64,000 nucleotides of DNA from Octopus vulgaris. Its lineage: Eukaryota. Shown here piece after piece: positions 25,755-40,295 of the stretch. Location: positions 75,702,001 through 75,766,000 of the forward strand of contig OX597819.1 in assembly GCA_951406725.2 (NCBI GenBank), written 5' to 3'. Numbering within the stretch: position 1 is the stretch's first letter; each line of letters opens with the position of its first letter. A program made the translations under genes and the position numbers. Under the pieces are notes generated by a model, which did not search any database, had not been told where the DNA came from, and saw only the letters and a program-made list of their open reading frames with translations.

Positions 25755-27040
25755 CGAGGGACGTTCAATAAGTAATGCCTCTGACCCACTTGTAGTTGTT
25801 TGATCTAGCTGAAATTTTGCATGTGCAATTATTTATATCTCTATAGATAAAGTAGCAAATTACAGTTCAGAACTAATTGTGGTTTCTGATTTACAGGTGT
25901 TTGAACTGAGTCAAATGTGAAATGGAGCCTGTTGAGTGTCGAGCAGTGATCCGGTTTTCGTATTTGAAAGGACGCAGGAGACTTTTGATGAAATGAAAGT
26001 AACTTATGGTGATGATGCCCCATAATATATGACCTTGAAAAACGCTGGCATTGTGAATTCAAACATGGTCGGAACTCTGTGGAAACAGCTGCCAGATCTG
26101 GTCGCACCCCTTCTGCCATTGATGAGGCATCTGTCCGTCAAGTTGAGGCTGCCATTTTGGAAGATCGATGCATAACTAGTCGCCAAATAGCTCATGAGGT
26201 CAAGATTAGTTCCGGGTCTGTGGAAACTATCATTTATGACCATTTGCATATGCAAAAGGTGTCTTCCAGATGGATTTCCAGGTTGCTCACACCTTTCCAG
26301 AAGCAAGAACGCGTCGAGGGCTCGAGGATGAATTTGGAGATGTGCCAAGAAGATGAGTCAAAGTTTTTCAAAAGACTGATTACACAGGATGAAACCTGGG
26401 TCCATCACTATGATCTAGAAACCAAAGCCCAGTCAATGCAGTGGAAGCACCGTGACTCACCTCCTCCAAAGAAGGCAAGGGTGCAGCCCTCCGCTGGCAA
26501 GGTCACGCAAACAGTCTTCTGGGACCAGGACGGAGTAGTGATGACAGATTTCCTGGCAAAGGGTACCACGATTACAGGAGCCTATTATGCTTCACTTTTG
26601 AGGAAATTAAGAGAAGCTATCAAAATCAAGAGGCGAGGCAAGATCAGAAAAGGTATCCTCCTCCTGCAGGACAACGCTCCGGTCCACAACTCGCGTGTCA
26701 CCAGATCAGAAGCACAGGCGTGCGGCTATGAACTCCTCCCCCACCCCCTATTCTCCTGACCTTGCACCCTTTGATTTTCACCTCTTCCCAGCCATGAAGT
26801 TGCTTTTGAAAGGAAAGCGTTTCCCAGATGATGCAGCCTTTATTTCTGAAGTCACGTCGTGGTTGGAGGACCAAGCTGGGGTCTTCTACAAAAACGGTCT
26901 CCAGAGCTGCATCAAACGATTGGAGAAATGCGTAACTCTGGGTGGTTCCTATGTAGAAATGGACTAATAACTGTGCCAAGTTTCGTTGCTCTACTGCTTT
27001 GGGAAGTGGGTCAGGGGCATTACTTATTGAACGCCCCTCG
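25755..27040 (+). mobile_element. Full-length mariner transposon (1286 bp) with 37-bp TIRs and TA flanks
   Basis: CGAGGGACGTTCAATAAGTAATGCCTCTGACCCACTT / AAGTGGGTCAGGGGCATTACTTATTGAACGCCCCTCG (2 mismatches); sits in (TA)n. Confidence 0.97.
25922..26967 (+). pseudogene. Mariner DD34D transposase, frameshifted
   Basis: MEPVECRAVIRF.., WISRLLT (WVPxxL-like), TQDETW, LLQDNAPVH, YSPDLAPFDFHLF; 34-residue spacing once the ~26745 frameshift is repaired; further lesions near 25980-26030. Confidence 0.95.
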
Positions 27041-27097
<57 letters not shown>

Positions 27098-27384
27098 TTA
27101 TATCTTACTTGTTTAAGTCATATATATAGTTGTGTGTGAATATGTCTATGTGTGTGTATTTATGCTTGAATTTGTTCCCATCCTCTGTTTGACATGTTGG
27201 TTTGTTTACGTCCCCGTAATGTAGCGAGTCGTCAAAACAAAACGAAAGAATAAGTAACAGGTTAAAAAATGTATTGGGGTCGATTTGTTCGACTAAACCC
27301 TTCAAGGCTGTACTCCAGAATGGTCGCAGTCCAATAACTGTAACAAGTAAAAAAATGAAAGATAAATAGTATTTCGGATTTATT

Positions 27385-27601
27385 AAGGCGGCGAGCTGGC
27401 AGAAACGTTAGCACACCGGGCGAAATGCTTAGCGGTATTTCGTGTGTTTTTACGTTCTGAGTTCAAATTCCCCTGAGGTCGACTTTGCCTTTCATCTTTT
27501 CTGGGTCGATAAATTAAGCACCAGTTGCGTACTGGCATCGATCTAATCGACTAGCCTCCTTCCCTAAAACTTTCGGGCGTTGTGCCTAGATTAGAAACGA
27601 A
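27385..27601 (+). mobile_element. SINE family C monomer with 15-bp TSD (1 mismatch)
   Basis: GGCGGCGAGCTGGCAGAAACGTTAGC head; TATTTCGGATTTATT (27370-27384) / TATTTCGGAGTTATT (27602-27616). Confidence 0.88.
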
Positions 27602-27833
27602 TATTTCGGAGTTATTTAACTAAAAAATTTAGTTTCGAATATGTTATACCTTATAGTTTTGTGAGTTGTTGACATTGCTACACTCCAAAATGTGAAACTT
27701 TAGTGGTATGTAGCAGCTGTATCAACCTCTGTTATACATTTATTTATATGAGGACATAATTAGACTAGAATGTGTTCGTGAATACCACGAGCGATAATAG
27801 TAACTTTTGGCTATTTACCAGGGGGTAAAATAA

Positions 27834-28689
<856 letters not shown>

Positions 28690-31600
28690 ATGTATAGTCT
28701 ATCGTAAACCATATGATGGTCTGGGAACAGCATCGAAGACTTCGTTTTCATATCGTGTATATTAATGTCTGAATGCAAGGAATCAGTCTAGTTGAGCCAC
28801 TGTTTCTATAGCTTGTTCACTACATGTATTTGTATGACAAGTACAAGCCAAAAGTCGACATTTAATAGCTCCTCAGAGAATCGAAATCCTGTTGCGAACT
28901 TGATGACCACGAGCTTATCCACGACTTATTGGCACATGGATTTTTATGTTTGATACTAAATATTTGTGTTAAGTAAAATATTGACTAGTGTTGAAGTGTG
29001 AGTATGCTTATAATATACTAAGATAATCATTTCTGACGTTCTGACGCAACGATGTTTTTCAAAATCAGAAATATATTGGGAAATCTTCGCAATGCATGCG
29101 AAGTTTCTTTTGACAGAATTGTTAACATGATTCTTCATCTCTTCTAAAATCAAAGTAAATCATCGTAATACTGGGCCTTGTAAAAAACATAAATTAATTT
29201 TTATTTTCTACTGAGAAAAGCCTCTTAAAGATTCAAGTAAGCCTGAAGACAGTATGACTATTTGAAGAAAGACTGTAGAAAGTATGACTTTATGCTAATT
29301 ATTATTCAAGGAATTCACTGGACGAGCTGACAAACGGTTGCATCGTCTGACAACGTGCTTAGCGACATGTCTTCCAGTTTTTATGTTCTAAGTTCAAACC
29401 TCGCCGAGGTCAACTTTGCCCTTCATCCTTCCAAGCTCGATAAAATAATGTACCTGCCTGGAACGATGTAATCGGCGAATCCTCTTCTACTAAAATTTGC
29501 TGACCCTGAGCCAAAGTTTGAAAGCATCATTGTTGTTGTTAAAATATTTATGATTCGTAGTTTGAAAAATTAATCAAGAATTTTAAAAAAAAATGGAGAA
29601 CATGCATAAAAATATTCGAGGTGAACAAGATAGTCTATGGTGAATGAAAATGTTCAATGTTAGTGAAAATGCCAAAATTGGAAACATTTATTAAAGAATG
29701 AAAATAGTTTTTGAATTATTGTTATATATACAAAGTAAGTCTCAGATATCAAAAACTTCGATTATAAATCAATTATAGAGAAGTTTAAATCAAATTATAA
29801 GTCAATTATTTGACAGTTTCTTTTAACAAAATCTTCATAGTAATTCGTCATTTCCTTGACATACACAGATATATAATGTGTCCACAAGATGTGTCCACAA
29901 GATGAGAATAAACAAGAATTTCTGCTCTTTCTATGGTTGGATAGTTAAATAATTAAGACAATTTCAATAGACTTAGAAATGAATCAAGAACCTCAAGTAA
30001 ATATCTTCTATTTGCTCTGATTTTACCGATACATCATACTGTCTAAAGTGATCAACCAAGAGTGTGTTGTAGTCTAAGGTAGTTTTCGTTCCACTCAGTA
30101 ACTTTTAACCAGTAGTCTCAGATGCATAACGGATAACAAGTATAGCGATTTGTTTTTCCTAGCTCATTCTTTGGAGACATCGGAGCCAAGGAGATCATCT
30201 GTAAGACAATCTCCATTAAGAGATTAATTAGATACGCTCACCAGTTGCCAGTTCCGAGTGAAAGGATACAAAAATTTCAATAAAAACAAATGTTAGAGCA
30301 ACCCACTGCCTCACAAATATTTAATTTCCTCTCACAACATTTAGCGTTCAAATCACGCTGCGCTCGACTTCATTTTCTTTCTTCTAAGTGATCAATAAAA
30401 TAAGTTCCAGGCAGGTAATGGTTTATTTCAATTGACTATACATTCTCCCAGACAATTGCAATAAATCAATGTTAATTAGAAGAATTAAAGATATAGAAGT
30501 TTCAAATTTCAGCACAAGGCGAGAGGGTAAGCCGATTACATCGATACCTGTGCTCAGCTGGTACTAATTTTATCGACCCCAAAAAGATGAAAAGTAAAGT
30601 CGGCCCCGGTGGCATTTGAACTCTGAACGTAAAAGTCAGAAGAAATGGTGCTAAGCTGTTTGTTTGGTGCTGCAACAATTCTACCAGCAGGCCGCTTAAG
30701 AGATATAAAGTATATTGAATACAACTCCGTATTTTTGAGCGAAATTACATGAGTTAGCGGAATATTCAACATTTTCTCCAGATCATTATTTAGCACAAGT
30801 AGCAAGGGAGCAAAAGCAGCAACTCGGATTGGTAACTTGAAGTCTGTTTCCACATGTGACTATTTCATCACTATCCAATCAGAATTGTCATAAATATATG
30901 ACACGCTGATAGTTTACTTAGGCATAAAGCAATAAAGATTGTATGATGTTTATACTTTCTCCAAGTAAGAGAACGAAAATGTTTTCTATCAGAAACTGAG
31001 CTCGAATGAATGCTTTGGCTCTGCGGTAGTTTTATTTTATAGAAGTTGCCATACAGCAGACGAAGTACGTCAAAATACATCGATTAATTTCATAGGTATA
31101 AGATTCATGAGAATGATGGATAATGATGGATGTATATACATAACATATATTTACCGATGCAATACTTGGATACATTATCAGTATTGTATACTGAGTGTAA
31201 GCGCGTGGCTTAGTGGTTAGGGCATACGGCTCAAGATTGCAAGGTCGTGAGTTCAAGTATGTGTGTATGTACGTGTGCATATCTATGCACTTACATACAT
31301 ATTTGTATACATACTTATGTAAATGTAAAATTCTAAGTGTCGGTGTGATTATATGCATAGTTAAAAAAAAAGTTAATAATGATGTCATCTCAGTCATAAT
31401 GATATGATAGGATATAATTAAAACAATATAATCCTTTCCTGGAAATGTTTGGAAGGTGAAACTCAGAATAGGCAGTGTGGGGAAAAATGCCTCATAACGT
31501 TTCCCTAGTATTAATCCGGTCTTTCTTCCGAGACCTATAAAATATATACCAGCGAAGTACTGAGGTTCATATAATCAACAAAACCCTACCCACAATATTT

Positions 31601-31761
31601 GTGGTTATGGTATATATTTTGTTCGTTCTTTGTTTTCGGAGACAACCAAGACTCCACTCGTTAATACACTGCAACGATATAGGAAGCAGCCGACCTTGCG
31701 ACTAGACATTTGTGGCTACTCCCGCTGTTTGAAATATTTTCAATTTATACAAATTATTCTA

Positions 31762-31814
<53 letters not shown>

Positions 31815-31863
31815 CTCGTGTTTTTGACGCCCGAATCGATCTAATTAATTGCATTTCTGACAA

Positions 31864-31939
31864 ACTCTACCGAAGATTTATAGATGCAAGTGTAAGTAAA
31901 ACTACATATTGCATTAGTAATGAAACAATTGTATAGAGT
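31864..31939 (+). ncRNA. Minimal type-I hammerhead ribozyme motif, unit 1
   Basis: ACTCTA-CCGAAGA-[45-nt stem II incl. ATGCAA/TTGCAT]-GAAA-CAATTG-TA-TAGAGT; palindromic stem III ACAATTGT, GUA triplet. Confidence 0.75.
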
Positions 31940-32356
31940 CAATCTATTTTATTCGTTGTATTTCACTTTCCTTCAGTTAAATGTGTGTTGATTCTAGTTG
32001 GAAACGGATCTTCTGTGGTTGCTTCGGAGCTATTTTTAGCACTAGAGTTATCCACATAGTGGATAACTCTCTAATAATTTATGTATAAATTTGTATTTCC
32101 TCCGTAGTTTTTTGTGCTAAGCCACTTGGTGTTAAATTGACGGTATTATTAAATTAATATCGATTTTTCACCCTCATTTATAATTTTATAAATTTAACTA
32201 CGCGGCAGTCAATATTTTATTTGATGCGGCATACGTTTCCAATGGAGTCGAGGCATGCTTTTGGCGCGGAATTTGAGACATAACTAAAAATGTAATTGGT
32301 TGGACCGCTCGTGTTTTTGACGCCCGAATCGATCTAATTAATTGCATTTCTGACAA

Positions 32357-32432
32357 ACTCTACCGAAGATTTATAGATGCAAGTGTAAGTAAAACTACAT
32401 ATTGCATTAGTAATGAAACAATTGTATAGAGT
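32357..32432 (+). ncRNA. Minimal type-I hammerhead ribozyme motif, unit 2
   Basis: Same sequence as 31864-31939, offset +493. Confidence 0.75.
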
Positions 32433-32849
32433 CAATCTATTTTATTCGTTGTATTTCACTTTCCTTCAGTTAAATGTGTGTTGATTCTAGTTGGAAACGG
32501 ATCTTCTGTGGTTGCTTCGGAGCTATTTTTAGCACTAGAGTTATCCACATAGTGGATAACTCTCTAATAATTTATGTATAAATTTGTATTTCCTCCGTAG
32601 TTTTTTGTGCTAAGCCACTTGGTGTTAAATTGACGGTATTATTAAATTAATATCGATTTTTCACCCTCATTTATAATTTTATAAATTTAACTACGCGGCA
32701 GTCAATATTTTATTTGATGCGGCATACGTTTCCAATGGAGTCGAGGCATGCTTTTGGCGCGGAATTTGAGACATAACTAAAAATGTAATTGGTTGGACCG
32801 CTCGTGTTTTTGACGCCCGAATCGATCTAATTAATTGCATTTCTGACAA

Positions 32850-32925
32850 ACTCTACCGAAGATTTATAGATGCAAGTGTAAGTAAAACTACATATTGCAT
32901 TAGTAATGAAACAATTGTATAGAGT
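32850..32925 (+). ncRNA. Minimal type-I hammerhead ribozyme motif, unit 3
   Basis: Same sequence as 31864-31939, offset +986. Confidence 0.75.
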
Positions 32926-33164
32926 CAATCTATTTTATTCGTTGTATTTCACTTTCCTTCAGTTAAATGTGTGTTGATTCTAGTTGGAAACGGATCTTCT
33001 GTGGTTGCTTCGGAGCTATTTTTAGCACTAGAGTTATCCACATAGTGGATAACTCTCTAATAATTTATGTATAAATTTGTATTTCCTCCGTAGTTTTTTG
33101 TGCTAAGCCACTTGGTGTTAAATTGACGGTATTATTAAATTAATATCGATTTTTCACCCTCATT

Positions 33165-33217
<53 letters not shown>

Positions 33218-34510
33218 ATTTTAAAAATATTTTGTGAATATGAATAGTGGTACAGGCTGGTAATATCCTGACTGTCGGTACCGCTGTTTTGTGGTTTGAA
33301 GAAATTCGAGTTTTGACTTGCGCACGTGCTGGATTATGGTGATGAAAGGCTGCGCCAGACAACCATTTTGTCTCCTTCTTGGCTAAGTGATACAGTTGGC
33401 TGGATGACTACTTTTATATCAGAAATGATGTAGGATGATTAGAGTGATCAATATGTCTCATCGTGATGTGATGAATGGAGTAATCCATAAGTTTCATCAT
33501 GCACTGCTATTACTGAATATTGTGCTTCTGTCCGATGAATTTCAATCTTGAGGATTGTTTTTCTTCCTCTGAATCTCTCGACAATCCAGATTCAGCATGT
33601 AACTTAAACATACATATATACACAATATGGGATTACCGTTGATTCTCTTGAGTTCATCCATCATTTGACAGTTTTGATTTTCACGCCACAAAGTATTCAA
33701 TAACCGGCCTGCTGTTTATCGTAGAAATAGTTATAACCGCAAATTTAAAAAAAAAAATTTTTTCGACTTTACCTGTAATTTTTGCAAAAATAAAATAAGT
33801 AATATTTAATTATTAGGGCGATCCATTCGATTACAACCCCTCAAAAATGTAGCTCTGAGACTTTGTTAGAAATCATTATAACGATTTAACGTTTTAACAG
33901 GTTTTCAATTTACACAAATTATTTTATTAATATATTTATATATATATCCCTTTAAAAAATATTTTGTGAATGTGAGTAGTGGTGTATGATACAGAACAAT
34001 ACAGAAAATTATGGAATCTAAGATTATTTTTTCGCCTTCAACTAAATATGATAGGAAAGCTTTTACTGGATCATCTTTATAGATATTACTTTCCGTTTGG
34101 ATTAAAAATGCCGCCAGCAAATTCTGATACTTGCTGCTTGAAATATTGACGTTGTTGTAAGTTGTTTGAGCTGTATCCATGACAGGAACAATTAATTTTT
34201 AAGCCAAGCAACATTTATTACTAAATCTTTGGCTTAGGGGCGAATAATCTATAAGAGAATATAATGAAATTAGATTGTACAATATTCACTAAAGTCCCAA
34301 TGGCATAAATGATAAAACAAAAATGTTAAGGAATCTTAATCCGAGAATCTGTAACTGAATGATGAACAGATCGCACCGAAGACTTCCCACACATTCTACG
34401 GTACACGTTGAGCCACTCGTCTGTATAAGAAATATCGTTAAATACGCATAATAAATCAGCATGTTAGTCCATATTCTTTCCAGCTCTTCCCATTCCATTC
34501 GTGCGATGTA

Positions 34511-34702
34511 CGAGGAGGTGTTGAATATTTCCTAGCTTTAAAGGTATCGCGAAAAAGCTTGGTTGGAGGCCCAACCTTCCGAGTTCTTTTACAGGGCTTA
34601 GAAAAACTGAAGGACCGTTGCAATAACTATGTTAACCTTGAGGGAAACTTGCTGAATAAAATCGCAAGTAACTGATCTTCCTGTATTTTCTTTTACCCAA
34701 AC
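34511..34702 (+). mobile_element. Mariner-derived MITE, right TIR lost
   Basis: TA|CGAGGAGGTGTTGAA start; carries a transposase C-terminal remnant (AWLEAQPSEFF..GLEKLKDRCN); homologous to 59563. Confidence 0.7.
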
Positions 34703-35179
34703 CCATTTCATTTCTCTTAGTAAATAACCGATAAATATTTCAGCCCCATGATACGAATTTTATCTTGTTACTCTTGGTAAATAACTGAGAAACAGAGAAT
34801 AGCTATAAAAATTAGGCTTTGAATTCCATTGGCCAAATCGTAGTTGTGAGAATATGTATTCTTGCACAAAGCATATTACTAAACGTATAAAAGTAGAAGG
34901 CACCTACCTACCTACTGGGTTACGGGAGAAGACTGCCAGCTCTGTTAGCTGAAAAGTTAGTAAGCCGAGTCTTAACATAATCTCAGCCTTGTACTTATGG
35001 TTAAAAGTCCTTGTTATCAAATGACACACTCCGCTTAGCTTAAAGACAGGTACAACAGAGTTGGAATAATAAATCGCGGTATCGTAAAATGGAGATGTGA
35101 ATCGCTAACAGCCTCTTGTGTTTAACTCTTGTAAATCGCTGTTAATGTTGCTTATCCCTACATTAGTAAGAAACAGCAC

Positions 35180-35500
35180 GTTTGAGGGTTAAAAAGTTTG
35201 CGTCACAATCAAAGTTCCGGGTTAGATTTCACTGTGTGGAGGCTAGGGCAAGTGTCTTTTACGTTTGTCTCTGATCAACCCAACTCTTGTGAGTCCGCAA
35301 AACTGGGCTCGCCGGGTGGATTGCATCTGTATTTCAAAATTACATCATTCTCACACACAGTGCAATACTGACTCTACTTGAGAATTACGTTAAGAGTACA
35401 CGTGCCTGTGGTATACTTAGCCACTTATACATTAATTCAATAAGCAGGCAATTCAGTTGAACTAACGACTGAATCCACATCATCAAAACCAACGGAGATG
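35180..35500 (+). mobile_element. Old chimeric SINE: family-A-like head with the tail seen on the 8575 family-B copy
   Basis: GTTCCGGGTTAG..GGGCAAGTGTCTT then GAGAATTACGTTAAGAGTACACGTGCCTGTGG..AGCCACTTATAC. Confidence 0.55.
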
Positions 35501-36274
35501 CATTAACTTACTTTATTCACTTATGGTTGACGAATTTACATCATGTTAAACGTTGAAATCCTAATACATTTACAAATTGCAGATTAAACATCCCGGTTTT
35601 CGGTAGGCAAAATCTTGTGTTTGTAATTACTTCGCAGTATATGGTGAATATCATATCTTTGTACAGTGTATCTAAAGTGAGTCAGCTCATCAGAATCTAG
35701 CCAACTTTATACGCTAATAGGAAAGTTCTCCATGCAGTCGCCAAGCCTCTTGAAAATAACAGCCAAATCGCCTTCCCATTATACACTTCTTATGTATAAT
35801 ATGTCTAAAATTAGCTGAAATAGTCTTTGTTGGACTGCCTTTCATCATAGGTCTACTTATTTAGGGCTAGCATGAAAAAAACCGAACCAAACTAAATATT
35901 GATTTTAAATAGTGACACAAGACCAGCAATTTCAGGGGAGAGGGTAAGTCGATTTTATCGACCCCAGTGTTTAACTGTTAGTTACTTTACCGACCTCGGA
36001 ACGATGAAAGGCAAAGTCAACTCCGGGTGGCATTTGAACTCAGAACGTAAAGTCGGAAGAAATGCTACTAAGCATTTTTTCCTGCTGCGGTAATGATTGC
36101 CGCCTTAAACCAAACAAAATATTGAGCACTTATTTAAAAAAGAAATAAGTCTGGCACGTATTCTATCAGTCATTTTTTCAATAGAACTACTTAGTTAATG
36201 GGACGTAAATATATCAATACCGGTTGTCAATCGGTCGTGATGGTAAAGGATAATTACAAACACACTCATACTCA

Positions 36275-36352
<78 letters not shown>

Positions 36353-36763
36353 TATATATATATACGTTTGTGTGACATATGTGTTAAGGTTCGTTGCCAA
36401 GTGGTTAGGCTGTCGCACTGACGATTGCTAGATCGTGGGTTCGATTGTCAAACTGGGTGGAACGTTGTATTCTTGAGCAAAGCACTTCATTTCACACTGC
36501 TTCGATCAAGGGGGGGGGGGGTGTTGGCCTGCCCGCCTAGCCAGCGGTGGCGGTGTGTGTGTGTGTCTGAGTGTATGTAAAGATGAATATATGTACATGA
36601 GGTACATTTTCAGAAAAATCAGCTCAATGACATGAGAAGCGAAAGATTTGGTGAACACTTACATACACACATACGCACGGGCAACCAGATCGAACCATCT
36701 CAAGTGTAACCGCCCCCCGAAATGTGTTCGTATTTGGAAGATGGAAACTGAAAGAATTCCCTC

Positions 36764-36800
<37 letters not shown>

Positions 36801-36880
36801 CATATATATGTATATGTATATACTTATATACGTATATAAGCGTATGTTTATGTATACACACACACACAGACACATATATA

Positions 36881-37116
36881 TATTTCTTTACTACCCACAA
36901 GGAGCTAAACACAGAGGGGACAAACAAGGACAGACAAACGGATTAAGTCGATTACATCGAACCGACCACAGTGCGTAACTGGTACTTAATTTATCGACCC
37001 CGAAAGGATGAAAGGCAAAGTCGACCTTGGCGGTCTTTGAACTCGGAACGTAACGACAGATGAAATACGGCTACGCATTTCGCCCGGCGCGCTAACGTTT
37101 CTGCCAGCTCGCCGCC
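36881..37116 (-). mobile_element. SINE family C monomer
   Basis: Complete head (..CTGCCAGCTCGCCGCC) and tail (TTTCTTTACTACCCACAAGG..). Confidence 0.9.
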
Positions 37117-37174
37117 TATATATATACATATATATACATACAGACATACGTATATATGCGAATATATATGCGTA

Positions 37175-37266
<92 letters not shown>

Positions 37267-38199
37267 CATATATAGACATATTCATATATAGGGTATGCAT
37301 GTATATTTGCATATATGAGTGCATTTGTATTTGTGTGTATGTGTGTGTGTGTGTGTTGAATAACTGAATGAAGCCATAGAGTGCGTCTAAACTTACTGTC
37401 TTGTTTTATTAATTAATTTATCTTGTATAAATAGTACTTTTAGCAGATGCTCCAACTATTTTAACTACATACAAACATCCGTTTAGCTTGAGAGAAAGCC
37501 ATTAAGAAGAAGATAGTTGAAGAATATAAAAAAAATGAAAATCTCAATTACTGCTGCTATTCAGGCTCCAGGTATACGTATACAGATTTTGACGAGATTC
37601 TTATCCCTTCTCTTTTTCTCTTTCTCTATTACAAAAAGAAGTGATATGCCTGCTAATCTATATTTGTAAGGAAAATCCTGTTTAGGTTTTTTATGCTCAC
37701 GAAAGTTTACTGAACGAATAAGGCTAAAGTAACAAAGAGACAACATATAACTACAGAGCAAAATCCGGAAAATATCTGTTTTAGCAATGATACATCTTGT
37801 ATGTTTTGCTTCGAAATAACAATTATATAAACAATATTTTATAGACATTGCATAAAATAAATTATTCGATACAAAACCGTTTTGTATAGCTTTATTAATT
37901 TCGTTATCTTCTATAAAGGGTACTTATAAAGGATGTGAAAACTATATGTATATATATATATCATATGTATAATATGTATGTGTATATGTATGAATATATG
38001 TGTTTAGATATACAGTAGTTTTTAAATCTATTATTAAAAACGTATACAAGGTAAAGGGGACAGCATGATATACAGAACAGTGCACAGAAAAAAAATATTA
38101 CGAAGACACCTGAACACTTACACTTACACGAAAGGAACACATTGAAGAACATAAACACACATACACACACAAACAACTACACGCACACACGGGCCCACG

Positions 38200-38237
<38 letters not shown>

Positions 38238-38369
38238 CATACATACTCCACGTGAAAGAATTCGAGTGTTTTTGCTTCTGTTTAAGTTGGCAAATTGCTT
38301 CGTGTGCTATTTTTGAGGAATCTTACCAACTCAAGTGGTTTCAGCGCATGATATCTTTCAAACAAGTGG

Positions 38370-38446
<77 letters not shown>

Positions 38447-39065
38447 GCACACACACACGCACACACACACACAGGCGCGTACATATACACAGGCGCGTAC
38501 ATATACACAATTACACGCACACAAGCACGTATAGTCAAAGAGTTACAGAAATCATTTCCATACGCAAATATTCATGCGTATGCACATAAATATATATATA
38601 TATATGTGCATATATATGTGTGTTCATATATATGAACATACACATATATGTGTGTGTATGTGTGTATACACACACATACACACCAGCATATGCACAAATA
38701 CAAGTCCGCACATGTACATATACATACATATATACATACGCACGCACACACGCACAGACACATACACACATGCATATGTACATATGTATATATTATATCT
38801 ACACACACACATACACACCAACAACAGTAGGGTAACCAACATATATTTGCAACATATATGCGACATATAAATGTTGGCATTATTCGAATGACATGAGCCA
38901 CCGTGTAAACAAGAACACACACGCACACACCTGCGCACAAACATTGTTCTTTATAAAATTTCTGAAACTACATATTTGCGTATCAAGTTATGAGCGTATG
39001 TATGATTATATGCATATATACGTGAGGTGTATGCATCTGTACGTAAGTGTGTGTATATGTATATA

Positions 39066-39111
<46 letters not shown>

Positions 39112-39173
39112 CATACATACATACACATACACACGCATACAATACACACATACACACATATATATATGCATAC

Positions 39174-39359
<186 letters not shown>

Positions 39360-40295
39360 ATCTATCTATACATTACATATACAAACTCGCGCTCACACAC
39401 ATGGGTGCATACATGTTCGCACTTGCGTTCGTAGACATACATACGCGTGCTCAGGTAAAAATATGATATAGAGCTCAATATGTTGTATACAGAGGATATT
39501 TATCATATGGGAGTTAACAGCTTGAGTTCAATCCTTAGGTGGAGTGTTCACGACTGTGGGACAAGAGAAAATTTGGAGTTTTATTGGGCTTAGTTATGAT
39601 ATGTATATCAGGATATACAGGGTATGAACTATGTGAGAAAAAGGATAATGACATTTATGGGTTCGTATTGTAGCTAGAACTTAATTGTGAATTTCTTCTG
39701 AAATTTATGTGTGATTAAAAGAAGTCGAAAAATTAGTTTATAGTTTTCTAAAAGATGCCTATGATGTTGCAAGGAGTGGAAATAACTCAAATCCTAACAA
39801 TAACGTATCTATTCATTCTTTATAGGTTTTGGCAGATTCGGTCGTGAATATCTGATTGCAGTTGTTTTTCCTGTCGGAAAGTACTTCTATCTTTTAGACG
39901 ATGTGTGTTCATAAAATACACGAGTCACCTGTTTAAGAGGACTTTAAGGCACACAAATATAAGCTGGGTGTCCTACTATATATTTTGGATGAGTCCTTAC
40001 TACTTGCGCCATCATGACCGTCTGTAAGTAACAATTTGTTTTATATATAGAACAATCTTTTTGGCAGTGGCAGCTAAAGTTTTTGCAGAGAGCGCAAGCT
40101 CTGCTTTTCTCTCCTCAACTTTTCAAATCAAGTGGAATCCTTTAATTTCACCCGCTTATCTTCTAGGGATAGACTGTAAAGCTATCTTGTGAAGGCTACT
40201 CCAGCGACGGACGCTTGTTTTTTGTTGCTACTGTTAATGTTGTTATTAGTTTGTGTTCAGTCACTGTTATTGTTTACGTCGTTGCACTCGTTGTT

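Larger units (their letters stand above)
31814..33176 (+). repeat. 493-bp tandem array, ~2.8 apparently identical copies between (TA)n tracts; candidate non-LTR retrozyme / Penelope-like repeat
   Basis: GCTCGTGTTTTTGACGCCCG recurs at 31814, 32307, 32800; one hammerhead motif per unit. Confidence 0.95.

Noticed and set aside
26079-26759. 226-aa ORF as a functional transposase or SETMAR-like gene
   Set aside because: Internal fragment of a frameshifted mariner lacking the N-terminus and third Asp; no SET domain seen.
32048-32067. TTATCCACA (DnaA-box consensus) with an inverted near-copy
   Set aside because: Eukaryotic repeat context with no bacterial genes; explained by the hairpin.
33215-34260. 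Possible piggyBac-like transposase relic on the minus strand
   Set aside because: Only vague similarity; no catalytic motif or TTAA/TIR identified.
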